Shown: positions 13,268-26,511 of the stretch, piece by piece
Position numbering within the stretch: position 1 is the first letter of the stretch
How the letters are laid out: each line of letters opens with the position of its first letter
Source: Octopus vulgaris
Lineage: Eukaryota
Direction: 5' to 3'
DNA length: 64,000 nucleotides
Assembly: GCA_951406725.2 (NCBI GenBank)
Contig: OX597820.1
Coordinates: 66,092,001-66,156,000, forward strand
Notes under the pieces: generated by a model
What the model was told of the DNA's origin: nothing
Seen by the model: the letters and a program-made list of their open reading frames with translations, nothing else
Databases searched by the model: none
Made by a program: the position numbers and the translations under genes

Positions 13268-13455
13268 GGGTGGGCTTCTTTCAGTTTCCGTTTACCAAAT
13301 CCACTTACAAGGCTTTGGTCGGTCCGAGACTACAGCAGAATACAATGGCCCAAGATGCTACACAAATGGACTGTACAATTGCCTAATTGTCCAATGGGAC
13401 TTGGTTCCTAGTCACTGAGTGGTTGAGAATCAAGCTTCTTAGCCCTTAGCCACAA
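12760..13455 (-). mobile_element. SINE family A, split at its internal microsatellite by a hairpin-bearing insert (13025-13220)
   Basis: Tail at 12760-13000 and head at 13265-13455 are collinear with 41188-41599. Confidence 0.75.
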
Positions 13456-13540
13456 ACACACATATACAGACATATGCTCAAATACATCGGCACAAATACA
13501 TGCTTCGTTTTTTATCTTTTCTTTGTTTCATACATATGCA

Positions 13541-13602
<62 letters not shown>

Positions 13603-13830
13603 ATGTATGTATGTATGTATGTATGCATGCATGTATGTGTATGTATATGTTTGTGTGTCTGTGTAACTTAGCGGTTCGGCAAAAGAGGCCGATGGAATAA
13701 GTCCTGGGGTCGAATTTCTCGACTAAAGGCAGTACTCCAGTATGGCCGCAGTCAAGTGACTAAAACAAGTAAAAGAATAAAAATATATATACATATATAT
13801 ATATAAGTGTTGTGGTTGTATGGATTTATA

Positions 13831-13871
<41 letters not shown>

Positions 13872-13876
<5 letters not shown>

Positions 13877-13964
13877 ATCTAGTTTCAGCTCACGAGCTGT
13901 GGCCATGCTGGGGCACCGCCATTTGGTGTTGCTACATGATTTTACTTCACGAATGCTTTTTAGC
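13872..13964 (-). mobile_element. LINE-type 3' end fragment sharing the family-A tail
   Basis: Minus strand GGCGGTGCCCCAGCATGGCCACAGCTCGTGAGCTGAAACTAGATAAAA, preceded by non-SINE sequence; flanked by (TA)n. Confidence 0.55.
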
Positions 13965-14959
13965 ATATATATACATAACAAACTAAGGAAAAAAGATCCT
14001 TCCAATTCACTGGTATGTCAGTTGAATACCATATAAGTATTGGTATAATGCAAATACAAAGATAAATTAGAGAGATAGTATTGAGAATCTGGTTGCCCTT
14101 AAAATATTAGTAAATTTGATTTCCATTTCTACAGCCCAAATATATATCTACGGGGTACTTTGTTTATCGCATTTACCGCCTTAAGTCTATATTAATGTTT
14201 ATTACGGAATTCTCTCTACGATAAATTAAGTAAGCATGGAAACAGAATTTTTATTAGGTTTCTATTCTTATCTACTCCGGAATTATCCCTCCGAGAAAAC
14301 AATAAATATAGAATATTATCATTAGTTAATTTAAGCAATAATTTTTTTTTATATATTAATTAATTTAAATAATTAGAAGCGTTGTTGCATTGAAGATGTA
14401 ATTGTGTATATATTTTTTATTGCAGTCATACATAGGGGAAGACTTAGATAATTATGTACATATATATATATATATATATATATTTTATTTTATACACCTA
14501 TCTTATTGTTGTATGTTGTGGGGGCGAGGAACTATCTTGGACATGAAAGGGTTTCGATTGGTATGTATTTGAGATGTAATCATGGGAATTTCAATGGTTG
14601 TGGATTGCACTTGCTTGGTTGTATCGTCCGTTAGATTATTTTTGTTTGTTTTTGTTTTGTTTTGTTTTTTTGTAATTGTAATTGATGTATGATTGAATAG
14701 CTAACGCTCAAGCTCAAAATACATAGGCATTTGAATTAATTTTTATGATCCAGCCGTCGTCTCACGGAATTTTGTCTATCCTTAAACCATGACCATGAAG
14801 TGACTTATATATAAGAGAACTGTTATTGTGTATGTGTATCAGATATTCTAACAAAAACCATTAGAATAACTTCAACATCTAAATTTATTTTGGCAAATTA
14901 AATTTAAGTGTTGAAGTGAATCTAACGGTTTTTGTGCGTTTTTAAATGGCTTATAATGA

Positions 14960-15175
14960 CCGGGTAGTTCATTGTGTTCTTGAGCAAATCACTTAATCGG
15001 ACGTTATTCTGCGTTCACTTCAATACCTGACGAGTGGCGCACCGTGCACCTTTTCAAGCAACGTCAATTTGCTGGAGGGAGCAAACTAATGTTCAGCACA
15101 AACATTTGATCACTATAAAAAAATCACGTGTGCAGATTGATCAGTTAGAAATTGCAGAACCGTCTTTCTGGGACT
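14960..15175 (+). mobile_element. Old SINE fragment with CORE-like block
   Basis: TTGTGTTCTTGAGCAAATCACTTAA resembles the central block of family C (e.g. 55409-55668). Confidence 0.5.
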
Positions 15176-15573
15176 ACAAGAGACTGCAATATAATATAAT
15201 ATTATATATATATATAGCCATGCATACATACAGAAGTGTGTGTGTGTGTGTGTGTTCGGAATAATTTTCTTTGATCATTTAAGTAATACACCCAGCTGGA
15301 TTTTTATATATTCTGATGCTTTGTATTGATTTTGTTCTCCCTAAATAAGTTATTCAAATTCACCAAACTTCTTTTATGCAGTGAATAACACAATGAGTAA
15401 ACAACTTCATCTGTTTTGCTATTTATTTGTTTGTTTGTTCGTTTGTTTGTTTGATATGCTTATTTTATGTACTTAAACGATTTCGTAAATGAAGTTCGTG
15501 AATTTAAGTATGGTTGTATGGTTGTATGCCGTAGGGAGGGGAGCGATCTGACGTTTGAGAATCTCCTTTCACC

Positions 15574-15766
<193 letters not shown>

Positions 15767-16267
15767 GTAGAGACAGTGAAATATTTATATAGAGAGAGAG
15801 AAAGAGAAGGAGAAGGACAGAGAGATAGGGAAACAGAGACAGAGACAGAGACAGAGTTGATTGGTTTCCATTTCTTTTCACGGAACATTCTGGCAATCAT
15901 CAACCACCATTTTTTTTCCGAATTCTATTTACCTGTTTCATAAATATATTTCAATACTAAATTATTTTCAGACGCTTCTTTTAATCCATCAAAAATGCAT
16001 ATAGGTCATGAATATGTCTACACTACGTGTGTAGTCAATAATTTACGTTGCCGAAGGTTTTTATTGTCTTGTTTACTCGTGAGTAAGGAGTCAACATGTT
16101 CACCCTTCAAGTTCTATGGATAGGTTTTCTAACGGGACATCGCATTAAGTCGTTTGTAACCTTCGAGAGTTTCAGCTTCTTGGTATAATTAGTTACATTG
16201 ATGGAACCGTAACTGCTGTGTGATTGAATTCATTCTAGAATATAGTAGCATCATTATTCCTGCCTTC

Positions 16268-16866
16268 AAGGCGGCGAGCTGGCAGAAACGTTAGCACGCC
16301 GGGCGAAATACTTAGCGGTATTTCGTCTGCCGTTACGCAGTGAGTTCAAATTCCGCCGATGTCGACTTTGCCTTTCATCCTTTCGGGGTCAATGAATTAA
16401 GTACCAGTTACGCGCTGGGGTCGATGTAATCGACTTAATCCCTTTGTCTATCCTTGTTTGTCCACTCTATGTTTAGCCCCTTATTGGTAGTAAAGAAATA
16501 GGTATTTCGTCTGCCGTTACGTTCTGAGTTCAAATTCTGCCGAGGTCAACTTTGCCTTTCATCCTTTCAGCGTCGATAAATTAAGTACCAGTTATGCACT
16601 GGGATCAATATAATCGACTTAATCCCTTTGTCTGTCCTTGTTTGTCCCCTCTGTGTTTAGCCCCTTGTGGGCAATAAAGTAATAAGAAATGCTTAGCAGT
16701 ATTTCATCTGCCGTTACGTTCTGAGTTCAAATTCCTCCGAGGTCGACTTTGCTTTTCCTCCTTTCGGGGTCGATAAATTAAGTACCAGTTGCGTATTGGG
16801 GTTGATCTAATCAGCTGGCCCCCTCCCCCAAATTTTAGGCCTTTTGCCTATATTAGAAAGGATTAT
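16268..16866 (+). mobile_element. SINE family B, head plus three tandem body units
   Basis: Head GGCGGCGAGCTGGCAGAAACGTTAGC, B-box-like GAGTTCAAATTCC, then GCCTTTCATCCTTTCGGGGTCGATAAATTAAGTACCAG repeated three times (units from about 16318, 16501, 16691). Confidence 0.9.
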
Positions 16867-17169
16867 TCTTGTCTTTCCTCCAGGAATGGTGTTTTGCGTT
16901 TCATGTAGTTCTCGTTATACTTTATATACAGGAAAATGCTGGGACAGTCACAACAGCAATGTAATTGGTTACAGACTAACATGATGGAAATTCATCTAAG
17001 GCTGTGGTCCTTAGCCGGGGTTCATCACCTTTGAGATCCACATAAGATTTTTGTTGCTAAAATTAATGCGAAATAAACTGATTATATATGTGCAATGCAG
17101 AAAATATTTTAACAATATTTTAATACAATTCCTATTACTATTTAATTGCAAAAAATATAATATAATATA

Positions 17170-17170
<1 letters not shown>

Positions 17171-17261
<91 letters not shown>
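17171..17261. repeat. (TG)n microsatellite
   Basis: Perfect tandem run. Confidence 0.98.
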
Positions 17262-17265
<4 letters not shown>

Positions 17266-17392
17266 ATACATATGCATTCTTCTGACGTGCCTTAGATATG
17301 CAGGAAGTATTGTACGATAACAGGCCATGGAAATCGAGAGAAGCCAAACAACAGCAGAAATATTTCTTCCTTATTTGGCTTAATGAGAGCAA

Positions 17393-17760
17393 TTTTGAGG
17401 GGTAGGGCAGTCGATGTCTTCGACACTTGTGCTCAAAGGTATTAATTTTATCGACTCCGAAAGGATGAAAGGCAAAGTCGACCTCGGCGGAATTTAAACT
17501 CAGAACGTAACGGCAGACAAAATACCTATTTCTTTACTACACACAAGGGGCTAAACACAGAGAGGACAAACAAAGACAGACAAATGGATTAAGTTGATTA
17601 TATCGACCCCAGTGCGTAACTGGTACTTAATTTATTTATCCCGGAAGGATGAAAGGCAAAGTCGACCTCGGCGAAATTTGAACTCAGAACATAGCGGCAG
17701 ACGAAATACCGCTAAGCATTTCGCCCGGCGTGCTAACGATTCTGCCAGCTCGCCACCTTA
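17393..17760 (-). mobile_element. SINE family B, head plus two body units
   Basis: Reverse complement of the 16268-16866 structure. Confidence 0.9.
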
Positions 17761-18332
17761 ACAGCAGCAGGTATAATGAAATCACAGGCAGTCACCGCGT
17801 GCTTTTTCGATTTGAAAGAAATATAGCCTTTAATGTATGTCTCGCCGTCGTAAAAAGAAAGAATTAGCCAGTCATTGAATAATATAATCCTATACACACG
17901 AGACTGTCACAACTGGAACGCCTTCGACTAAGCTGTTCTGAGGTTAAACCGCACCAAAACAATCTAAAGATCGCCAGTTTATTTTTGATTATCGTAAGAC
18001 ACACCAACGAAAATTATCTTCAACAGAAATTGGTTGGGCAAAACGATTGCATTTATTTTGAACAAGAAAACAGGCCATAATCTGCGCATGAATTTCAACA
18101 AGTAGTTCTAATAATGAGAGAAGAACATTCCATATTTGTAACGTTTGAAGATTAGAATTGAATTGAAAATATAATTTGGTAATAAGAAAATAAACGAGAA
18201 AATAATTAAAAGTAAATTGAAGTCATGTTTTTAACATGACTTTGTGGTAAGCAATAGCTGCTTCCAATTTAAACATATATATATATACTCAAATAGTTAT
18301 GTATATTTAAATAGATATACATATACACACAG

Positions 18333-18378
<46 letters not shown>

Positions 18379-18436
18379 GTGTGTGTGTGTGTGTGTATAT
18401 GTATGTAATTATGTATGTACGATTGTATGTATATAC

Positions 18437-18486
<50 letters not shown>

Positions 18487-18613
18487 GTATGTATATATAT
18501 TCATATATATCTATATATGTATTCATATATAGATATATATCTATATATACATATATACATATATAAATATATATGTATATATACATATGAATATATATAT
18601 ATATTTATATATG

Positions 18614-18666
<53 letters not shown>

Positions 18667-18783
18667 GTATGTGTGTGTATGTGTGCGTTAAGCGTGCATG
18701 CGCATATAAAACACAAACATTTACGCACATATATGCGCACCAGCATAAAAACGCTAATACGTTTACACGTACATGTGCTAAAC

Positions 18784-18824
<41 letters not shown>

Positions 18825-19289
18825 GCAAACATGCACGTAAATTCAGGAGAATGCACGAGCGCGTGAGGAGTGCGTGCGTAAGTATGCGTCTGTACGGTGT
18901 ATTTGTACGAGAGCTTTCGCTGAAAGCTGCCATGTTTTCGGTATAATGGAGTAATATGACGTGGTTTGGCTTTCAGGGACTTTCATAATGATCCATTCTG
19001 GTCGGGCAATTGAAAGACGCTGATGTAAACATCGCACAACTGAAATTAATACATGACAGAAATGAAACTGGATGAATAAGAATCATAGCTTGACAATACA
19101 TCATTCTCATGTCACAGCTACGCACATTCACATGGCGTACACAGAAATATATACAAACACATATACATACAGATGTGAGCCTTCGTATTTACTTCAAAAT
19201 GGAAGTTGTTTTATATGCATGTCAACAACGTTGAATAAAAGATTCAATACAGGAATAAAGACTATTGCTAATATAATATTTATAGCCAT

Positions 19290-19515
19290 TACGGCGGCGT
19301 AATGGAAACATCATTAGCACGCCGAGTAAAATGCTTTGCGGTATTTCGTCCGTCTTTATGATGGCAGTTCAAATTCCGTCGAGATCAACTTTGCCTTTAG
19401 TACTTTCGGGGGTGGGTGGGGGGCAATGAAATAAGCACCAATTGAGCACTGAGGTCGATATAATCGTAACCCATCCATCGAGATTTCTCGCCCTGTGTCA
19501 AAATTTAAAACCAAG
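19290..19515 (+). mobile_element. SINE family B, diverged copy
   Basis: TTAGCACGCCG, AGTTCAAATTCCG, ACTTTGCCTTT, TTTCGGGG motifs. Confidence 0.75.
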
Positions 19516-19760
19516 ATATATATATATATATAAGACTAACTTATATATATATATAAGACTAACTTTCTCTTTATAAATGTTCTGAAAATTCCGCACAGCC
19601 TTCGCTTTGTTGTCTCATTTTATTTAACACAAACACACAGACACTCATACACGCACGCACGCAGACGACCACACACACATACAGAGTCACACACACAGAC
19701 ACTCACACACGCACACACACACTTTATAAATTTTCAGGGCATTTATAAAGAGAAAGTTTG

Positions 19761-19806
19761 TCTTACAGCTATTTCTGAGATATTAGGGATATCGCTTTAT
19801 CAGAGA
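19761..19806 (-). ncRNA. Minimal type-I hammerhead-like motif (degenerate copy)
   Basis: Minus strand TCT-CTGATAA-A-GCGATAT(CCCTA)ATATCTC-A-GAAAT-AGCT-GTA-AGA: stem I, stem II, palindromic AGCT loop, GUA triplet; G8 is changed to A. Confidence 0.55.
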
Positions 19807-19842
19807 AGATGTGAGAGAGTTAAATAGAGGGAAATAGTAGAG

Positions 19843-19897
<55 letters not shown>

Positions 19898-19898
<1 letters not shown>

Positions 19899-20098
19899 TT
19901 TTCTCCCACCATCGCTTGACAACCGATGTTGTCGTCGTGTTTACGTCCCCATAACGTAGCGGTTCGATAAAAAAGACCGATAGAATAAGTACTAGGCTTA
20001 CAAAGAATATGTCCTGGGGTCGATTTCTTCGACTAAAGGCGGTGCTCCAGCATAGCCGCAGTCAAATGATTGAAACAAGCAAAGAAGTAAAAGAGAGA
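19898..20098 (+). mobile_element. SINE family A, 3' half
   Basis: CATCGCTTGACAACCGATG through GGCGGTGCTCCAGCAT and TGAAACAAG. Confidence 0.85.
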
Positions 20099-20298
20099 GT
20101 AACTATATGCTACTTAAGAACACGAAATTACTGCCAATAAATCTCATATATAGAGTTGTAGCCAGTAGTTTGGCATATATTTCCATATAAGTGATGTACA
20201 AGCCTCTATTTATTAAAAGTAAGTAATTTAGTCTAGAACTATATTTTTGATTTTGCCTTTTTTCTTCTAGTTATTGAACCATTGATTCAGATATTAGG

Positions 20299-20400
20299 TA
20301 CCGTATTTGATGGCCTAAAAGACGCACTTTTTTTATTATCCAACAATGTCTTTAAAAATCTCTCGCGTCCTATGCACTCAATGTAGGCTCAAAACGGTAT
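20299..20400 (+). mobile_element. pogo/Tc1-mariner-type terminal fragment
   Basis: TA|CCGTATTT..GGCCTAAAAGACGCACTTTTTT resembles CCGTATTT-type TIRs; no partner TIR seen. Confidence 0.45.
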
Positions 20401-20580
20401 GTTTGTTTACAAAACGTGTGCTACCATCTATTGGTGAACAATCGCCTACGGTATGTTTATATCGAATGTGGATGCAATATTGCTTATAATTACCGGTAAT
20501 AACATACAGGTAAATGGAGGAATTAAAACATTATTTTAGTGGTAATTTATTATACTAAAGTATAGCCTAGGTTAGGTATT

Positions 20581-21230
20581 CTCGTTTTCTTCAGCTCTAT
20601 GTTAACATCTGCTGGGCAGCTAATTTCCACAACTTTGCAGTTTCTCTTCTCTATTCCAAATCATTATATCAGGTCTGTTGTGCATACATTTTATTGAGGT
20701 CTTCACTTGTACATTCCACCAGTATTCCTTTTTATTATGAGTGGCTATTGCTTCTACCATATTGAATGTTCTCATTTCTTGTCCTCGGGATTAATTTTCC
20801 GACGGATTTCATTATAAAGTGTCCTAGTTACAACATCATGTCTCATCGGTTGATAATACCGTGATGACATTTTCAGACAACTGCTTATAATGTGAGTGAT
20901 ATCTAATGTGTGAAATCCACAAAGTCTGCATCAGTTCTCCCATGTTGCTGCCATTATCTGCATCTCTGTCCCTTTAGTGCAACAGGTACTTGGTTGATAT
21001 TTCCTGTTCCTAGATTGCAAATGCATACCCTATAAGGTAGGAGGTAGTAATCCGGCTATTGGTCCATGATAAACTGCTTTGATGATCGCTGTTACTATCG
21101 TCTTGAAGTTTTCTAACATATCCTTGCACGGTGTTCCGTTCATATAGGCTCATCCTCTCATCTGATGTTACGTTGCGGTAGACTCGTGCGACTTCTTTGG
21201 GCATGTATTCTAGGTTATCGGAATAAGAGT
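20581..21230 (-). pseudogene. R4-type non-LTR retrotransposon fragment (zinc knuckle plus RLE endonuclease)
   Basis: Minus-strand translation with stops: GYAFAI*EQEISTKYL, CRLCGFHTLDITHIISSC, MRHDVV, WWNVQVKT, HNRPDIMIW, VVEISCPADVN. Confidence 0.85.
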
Positions 21231-21339
21231 ATGTATGCAGGTATGTATGTATGTACGTTCTATGTATGTTTGTATGTACGTATGCATGTATGAAGGGAGA
21301 GAGAGAGAGATGATATCAGCTCTGTAAATGATACCATAC

Positions 21340-21845
21340 GAGGGAGATCTACCTGGTTGATCGCCTTGCAAGAAATAGCAACATAATCCATCTAAAATTC
21401 CACTCTAAGGCATCTTAAGATATAACAGGAAAGACATATTAAGATGGCAAGAATAAACTAACAAAATAGACGTGGTGGTCACTTGTCTGTTAGTCTATTC
21501 GATAAGGAACGATCTACATCTAAGCAACAAAAATATGGTATACTTTTGATGAGAGAAGGATTTAACTGCTTTTTCTAACAGGTCAAGCGACAAGCAACAG
21601 GTTCCATTATTAGCGTATTGTTATTATTATTTTGTCGTTGTAATTTAACCGCTTGTCAGCACTCATTAAACAGACCAACAGTAAAATACGCTCCATCCAT
21701 GATCATCACGTTTCTTCTTTCCGCCACAGTACACCCAGATCTGCATAATCTAATGTGTCTATCATTTGAAAAGGTGTTCTTTTGAGGGATACTTCGGCTG
21801 CTATTTCTATAATGTTCAACGGCAACACAGAGGCATTCTCATGGT
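21340..21845. mobile_element. Cluster of old SINE-like repeats (family D) in both orientations
   Basis: Recurrent TTTGAGGGA..TTTGGCTGCTATTTCTA..AGGTC-like block; related pieces near 22290-22515 and 55230-55395. Confidence 0.5.
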
Positions 21846-21918
21846 TGAAATGCTTAATTATTTAGTCCAGAATAACCATTTCATTACTAACGCAATACTG
21901 TAATAGCGATGTACATGG

Positions 21919-21971
<53 letters not shown>

Positions 21972-22072
21972 CGAGAGAAATTTATTAATTACTATCACAA
22001 TAAATTAGGTGGCCATACGATAATTGAGGTTGTTAAACTGGAAACCGTTATTAAATATGTTCTTGCTAAGGC

Positions 22073-22100
22073 TGTTACTGCTGCTGCTACTACTACTACA

Positions 22101-22139
<39 letters not shown>

Positions 22140-22282
22140 GCTACTACTACTACTGCTACTACTACAACTGCTGCTGCTGCCGCCACTCTTGTTGCTGCTG
22201 CTGCTGTTGCTATTGTTGCTGCTGCTGCTGTTGTTCTTGCTATTGTTGTTGTTGTTGTTGTTGTTGTTTTTGTTGCTGTTGT
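22073..22282. repeat. Compound (CTA)n/(CTG)n/(TTG)n microsatellite
   Basis: Direct tandem runs. Confidence 0.95.
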
Positions 22283-22761
22283 TGTTGTTGTTGTTGTTGT
22301 TTAAACCCGGATCAGTTCTCATTGGGTAGAGCTCTAATCACAAGAGATCACGTTGTTACTCAAATACCAAAGGCTAAAATCTCCAATGAGTTCTATAGAT
22401 GTATTTATTCACGCACACACACACACACACACAAAAAAGGGAATAGATTTTAAAATGAGGGATATTTTGGCCTCTATTTCTCATAGATCGGACGAACACA
22501 TGCAGGTTTCCAAAATGAGTCGCTATAAATTACCCATTTTTAATGTCAAATGTCACAAGATCACAATGTCTATAACATATACCAATGTGTGTGTATATAT
22601 GTTTGCCTGTATTAATATATATACGTATTACACACACTGCCCAATGAAAGGTAGCAGGTCGAAAGTTCGAAGTTACAGTCATCACTCTTGTAAAGGTATA
22701 ATAAATATATGCTCTATAAAAAATATTGAATAATCTTTGTCATATAAAATTGTTTTTATTT

Positions 22762-22796
<35 letters not shown>

Positions 22797-22798
<2 letters not shown>

Positions 22799-22991
22799 GC
22801 CATGATAGACCGTTAGCCACTACACACATTTTTTCCTCTCATTGTTTCTCTCCGTGTTTTTTCTGCGTCCCTTTCTGTAGAAGAGCGTAGGCTCGAAACG
22901 TAAAACACTTTTTCTATTCCTGAGCGTTATACTAATACATCTGTTTGTTTTGTACACCACCTGTCTTCGTCTCTTTTTTTTCGTAAACTCT

Positions 22992-22995
<4 letters not shown>
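22797..22995 (+). mobile_element. Second copy of the (TA)n-embedded hammerhead-bearing element
   Basis: CTTTCTGTAGAAGAGCGTAGGCTCGAAACGTAAAA at 22871-22905; homologous to 3884-4062; (TA)n on both sides. Confidence 0.7.
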
Positions 22996-23055
<60 letters not shown>

Positions 23056-23259
23056 TTATGTTTATATTTGTGTGTGTATGTATGTGTGTCCTGAGGTCGA
23101 TTTGTTCAATTAAAACTCTTCAAACCGGTGTCCCAGCATGGCCGCAGTCAAATGATTGGAACGTGTAAAAGATAAAAAGATTAAGATATATCTATACATG
23201 TACGTATGTATGCATGTATGTATATGTATATATATATAGATAGATATATAGATATATAG

Positions 23260-23343
<84 letters not shown>

Positions 23344-23941
23344 GTGTATGTGCATCAATCGTTATTAATCCAAAGAAGTATAGAATTAATACTTTAAAAA
23401 GACGTTTAAATGCTCGAAGAATATATGAGAATTTATTCACACACACAAACACACACACACACACACACACACTTAATCAGCTTCTCCTTTGATTTTCAAA
23501 AATGTATGGTGTCTAGAGCTGTGGTCGCAAATTCTGTCTTTTCTGGGCGTTGTGGTAAAAATCGTTTGTTTTTTTTATAGGAAGAACGCGACTCACAGCG
23601 CAATCAGTAAACACATAAATATGTACGTGTATATGCATTTACGTGTATATGCATGTATGCATGTATGCATGCACGTATGCATGCATGTATGTATGTATGT
23701 ATGTATGTATGCATATATGTATGTATGTATGTACTCTTTTATTTTTTTATTTGTTTCACCCATGCGGCTGCAATCATGCTGAAGCGCCACCCTATATGTA
23801 TGCACGCATGTATGCATGTATTGTATGTAAGTAAAGATGTATGTATGTATTTATGTATGTATTTATGTATGAATGCATGTATGTATGTATACATGTATGC
23901 ATAGATATATTAATAGATAGATAGATAGATTTCTGTATATA

Positions 23942-23987
<46 letters not shown>

Positions 23988-24028
23988 GGTCCCGGGTTGA
24001 TTCGGGGTTAACCACAGTAAATAAGGTA

Positions 24029-24154
<126 letters not shown>

Positions 24155-24689
24155 TATATATATATATGTATATATATGTATATATATATGTATAACCATG
24201 TATGTATATATATATATATATGTATATATATATAGATATATATATATATATATTCATATATTATATATGTATATACACACACCGGTACACACACACAAAC
24301 ATGCACATATGCGTGAGTGAGTGTGTATGTGTGTGTATGTATGTGTGTGTATGTATGTGTGTGCATGTATGTCTGAGTGTGTGTGTGTGTGTGTGCATAC
24401 ATGCTGTTATAATTATTGATTGCCTGAGCATGCCAATTGGTGTATGATTAGTTTTCTTGCATAAAAGGGAGGCAATAAATCCGAATGACATTTATGCCTT
24501 TCCCAAGAGAGTCAACCAGTTTATTTAAGTGTAATGAAACGGCTTCTGTCATGCAGTGAAGCCACATCAGGCATTTGTTTAAAGGTTATACAATTAGGTA
24601 ACATTCCTCTGCCTTTCGAACGTTCATATCAGGTTGGCCGTTTGGTTAAAAAGTTTGTTTCGCAATCTCGTTCTGCGATTCGATTCTGT

Positions 24690-25310
24690 CTTTTCTTTTC
24701 ACTGTTCCAGTCGTTGTACTGCGGCCATGCGGGAGCACCATCTTAAGGTGTTTTAGTCGAACAAATCGACCCCAGGTCTTATACTTTCTGAGCCTAGTAC
24801 TTATCAAATCGTTGTTTGTTGTCAAACCGCTAAGTTACGGGGGGTGGGGTAAACACATCAGCATCGGCTCAACAACGATGGGGCGGTCAAATACACAGAC
24901 AAGCACACAAATACACACACGCACGCACACGTGCGCGCACGCGCATATATATACGACAGGCGTCGGCCCGAGGTAAAAGTAGAAGACACTTGCCCGAGAC
25001 ACTTGCCCAAGGTTCCTCGTACTTATCTTATCGTTTTTTGTTGTCGAACCACTGAGTTACGTGGGCGGTAAACATATCAGCATCGGCTCTCAAACGATAG
25101 GGCAAATACCGACACAATCACACAAATACACACACACACACGCGCATATATATATATGAGACAGGCTTCTTTCAGTTTCCATCTACCAAATCCACTCATA
25201 AGGCCTTGGTCGCCCGAGGCTATAGTAGAAGACAATTGCCCAAGGCTCCACGCAGTGGGAACTGAACCAAGAACCATGTGATTTGGAACCAAGCTTCTTA
25301 CCACATGTTT
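24690..25310 (-). mobile_element. Two partial tandem SINE family A copies
   Basis: Duplicated ACTTATC..CGAACC..AGTTACG..CAGCATCGGCTC block at about 24798 and 25020; head at 25160-25305. Confidence 0.75.
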
Positions 25311-25519
25311 AATTTTTTTTTATATTTACATATATATATATATATCTGGTATTTATTTTCGCAGATCTTTTGTCGAAAAGGTAAGTTATGGGGGACATGG
25401 GAATGTAAACAAACCAACATGGTTTGTCAGGTAGTGTGGGTAACAAAAACAGACACATCACATAGACGTATGCGAGTGCATACACATATATATATATGTA
25501 TGTGTGTGTGTGTATTTTT

Positions 25520-25915
25520 ATTAAGAAGTTTGCTTCCCAACCACATGGCTCCGGGTTCAGTCCCACTGCGTAACACTTTGGACAAGTGTCTTCAACTATA
25601 GCCCTGGACCTACCAAAGTCTCGTGAGTGGATTGATAAATGGAAACTGAAAGAATCCCGTCGTATATATAAATATGTGTATGTGTGTGCACGCACGTGTG
25701 TACATGTCTTTGTGTCTGTGCTTGTCCCCCACCACCATTTGACTACCTTTGTTAGTATGTTTACGTCCCCATAACTTAGCGGTTCAGCAAAAGACACCGA
25801 TAGAGTAAGTACCGGTCTTTAAAAGCTATAAGTACTGGAGCTGATTTATTCGACTAACAATTCTTCAAAGCGGTGCCCCAGCATGGCCACCACCTAATGA
25901 CTGAAACAAAGAAAG
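25520..25915 (+). mobile_element. SINE family A
   Basis: Head TTGCTTCCCAACCACATGG..GGGTTCAGTCCCAC, internal microsatellite, tail AATGACTGAAACA. Confidence 0.85.
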
Positions 25916-25964
25916 CGTAGAAGACATATAAATACATAAGCATATACACATATGTGTGTATTCT

Positions 25965-26429
25965 TTTATTCTTTTATTTATTTTATTTATTAGTCTGCAG
26001 CCATGCTGGAGCACAACCTTTTTTTTTGTCCAACGAATCGATTCCAACACTTAAAAAAAAAAATTTTAAGGCAAGTATTTATCCTATCGGTCTCTTTTGC
26101 CGAACTGCTAACCTACAAGAACATAAACATGCCAGCACCTATTGCCAAGCGGTGGTGAGGGACAAATACAGATACGTGTATATATATATATATAAAAATA
26201 TCTTCACCCATTCTCTTCCGGTCATTCAAAATGTGACCGCATGTGTACTGTTGGCGATTTTTTTCCCTCCGTCTTCCCTTCCGTGGATCTTTCCTTTTCC
26301 TATGTTTCTGACGATGAACTCCGCTCAAAACGTTAAATCCTCCTTCTTTCCTTCCTTTCCTTAGCATCCAATAACACTATACTTGTTCCACATCCTCGCG
26401 TTGTTGTGTTTTCATGTTTGGATTAACTT

Positions 26430-26511
<82 letters not shown>

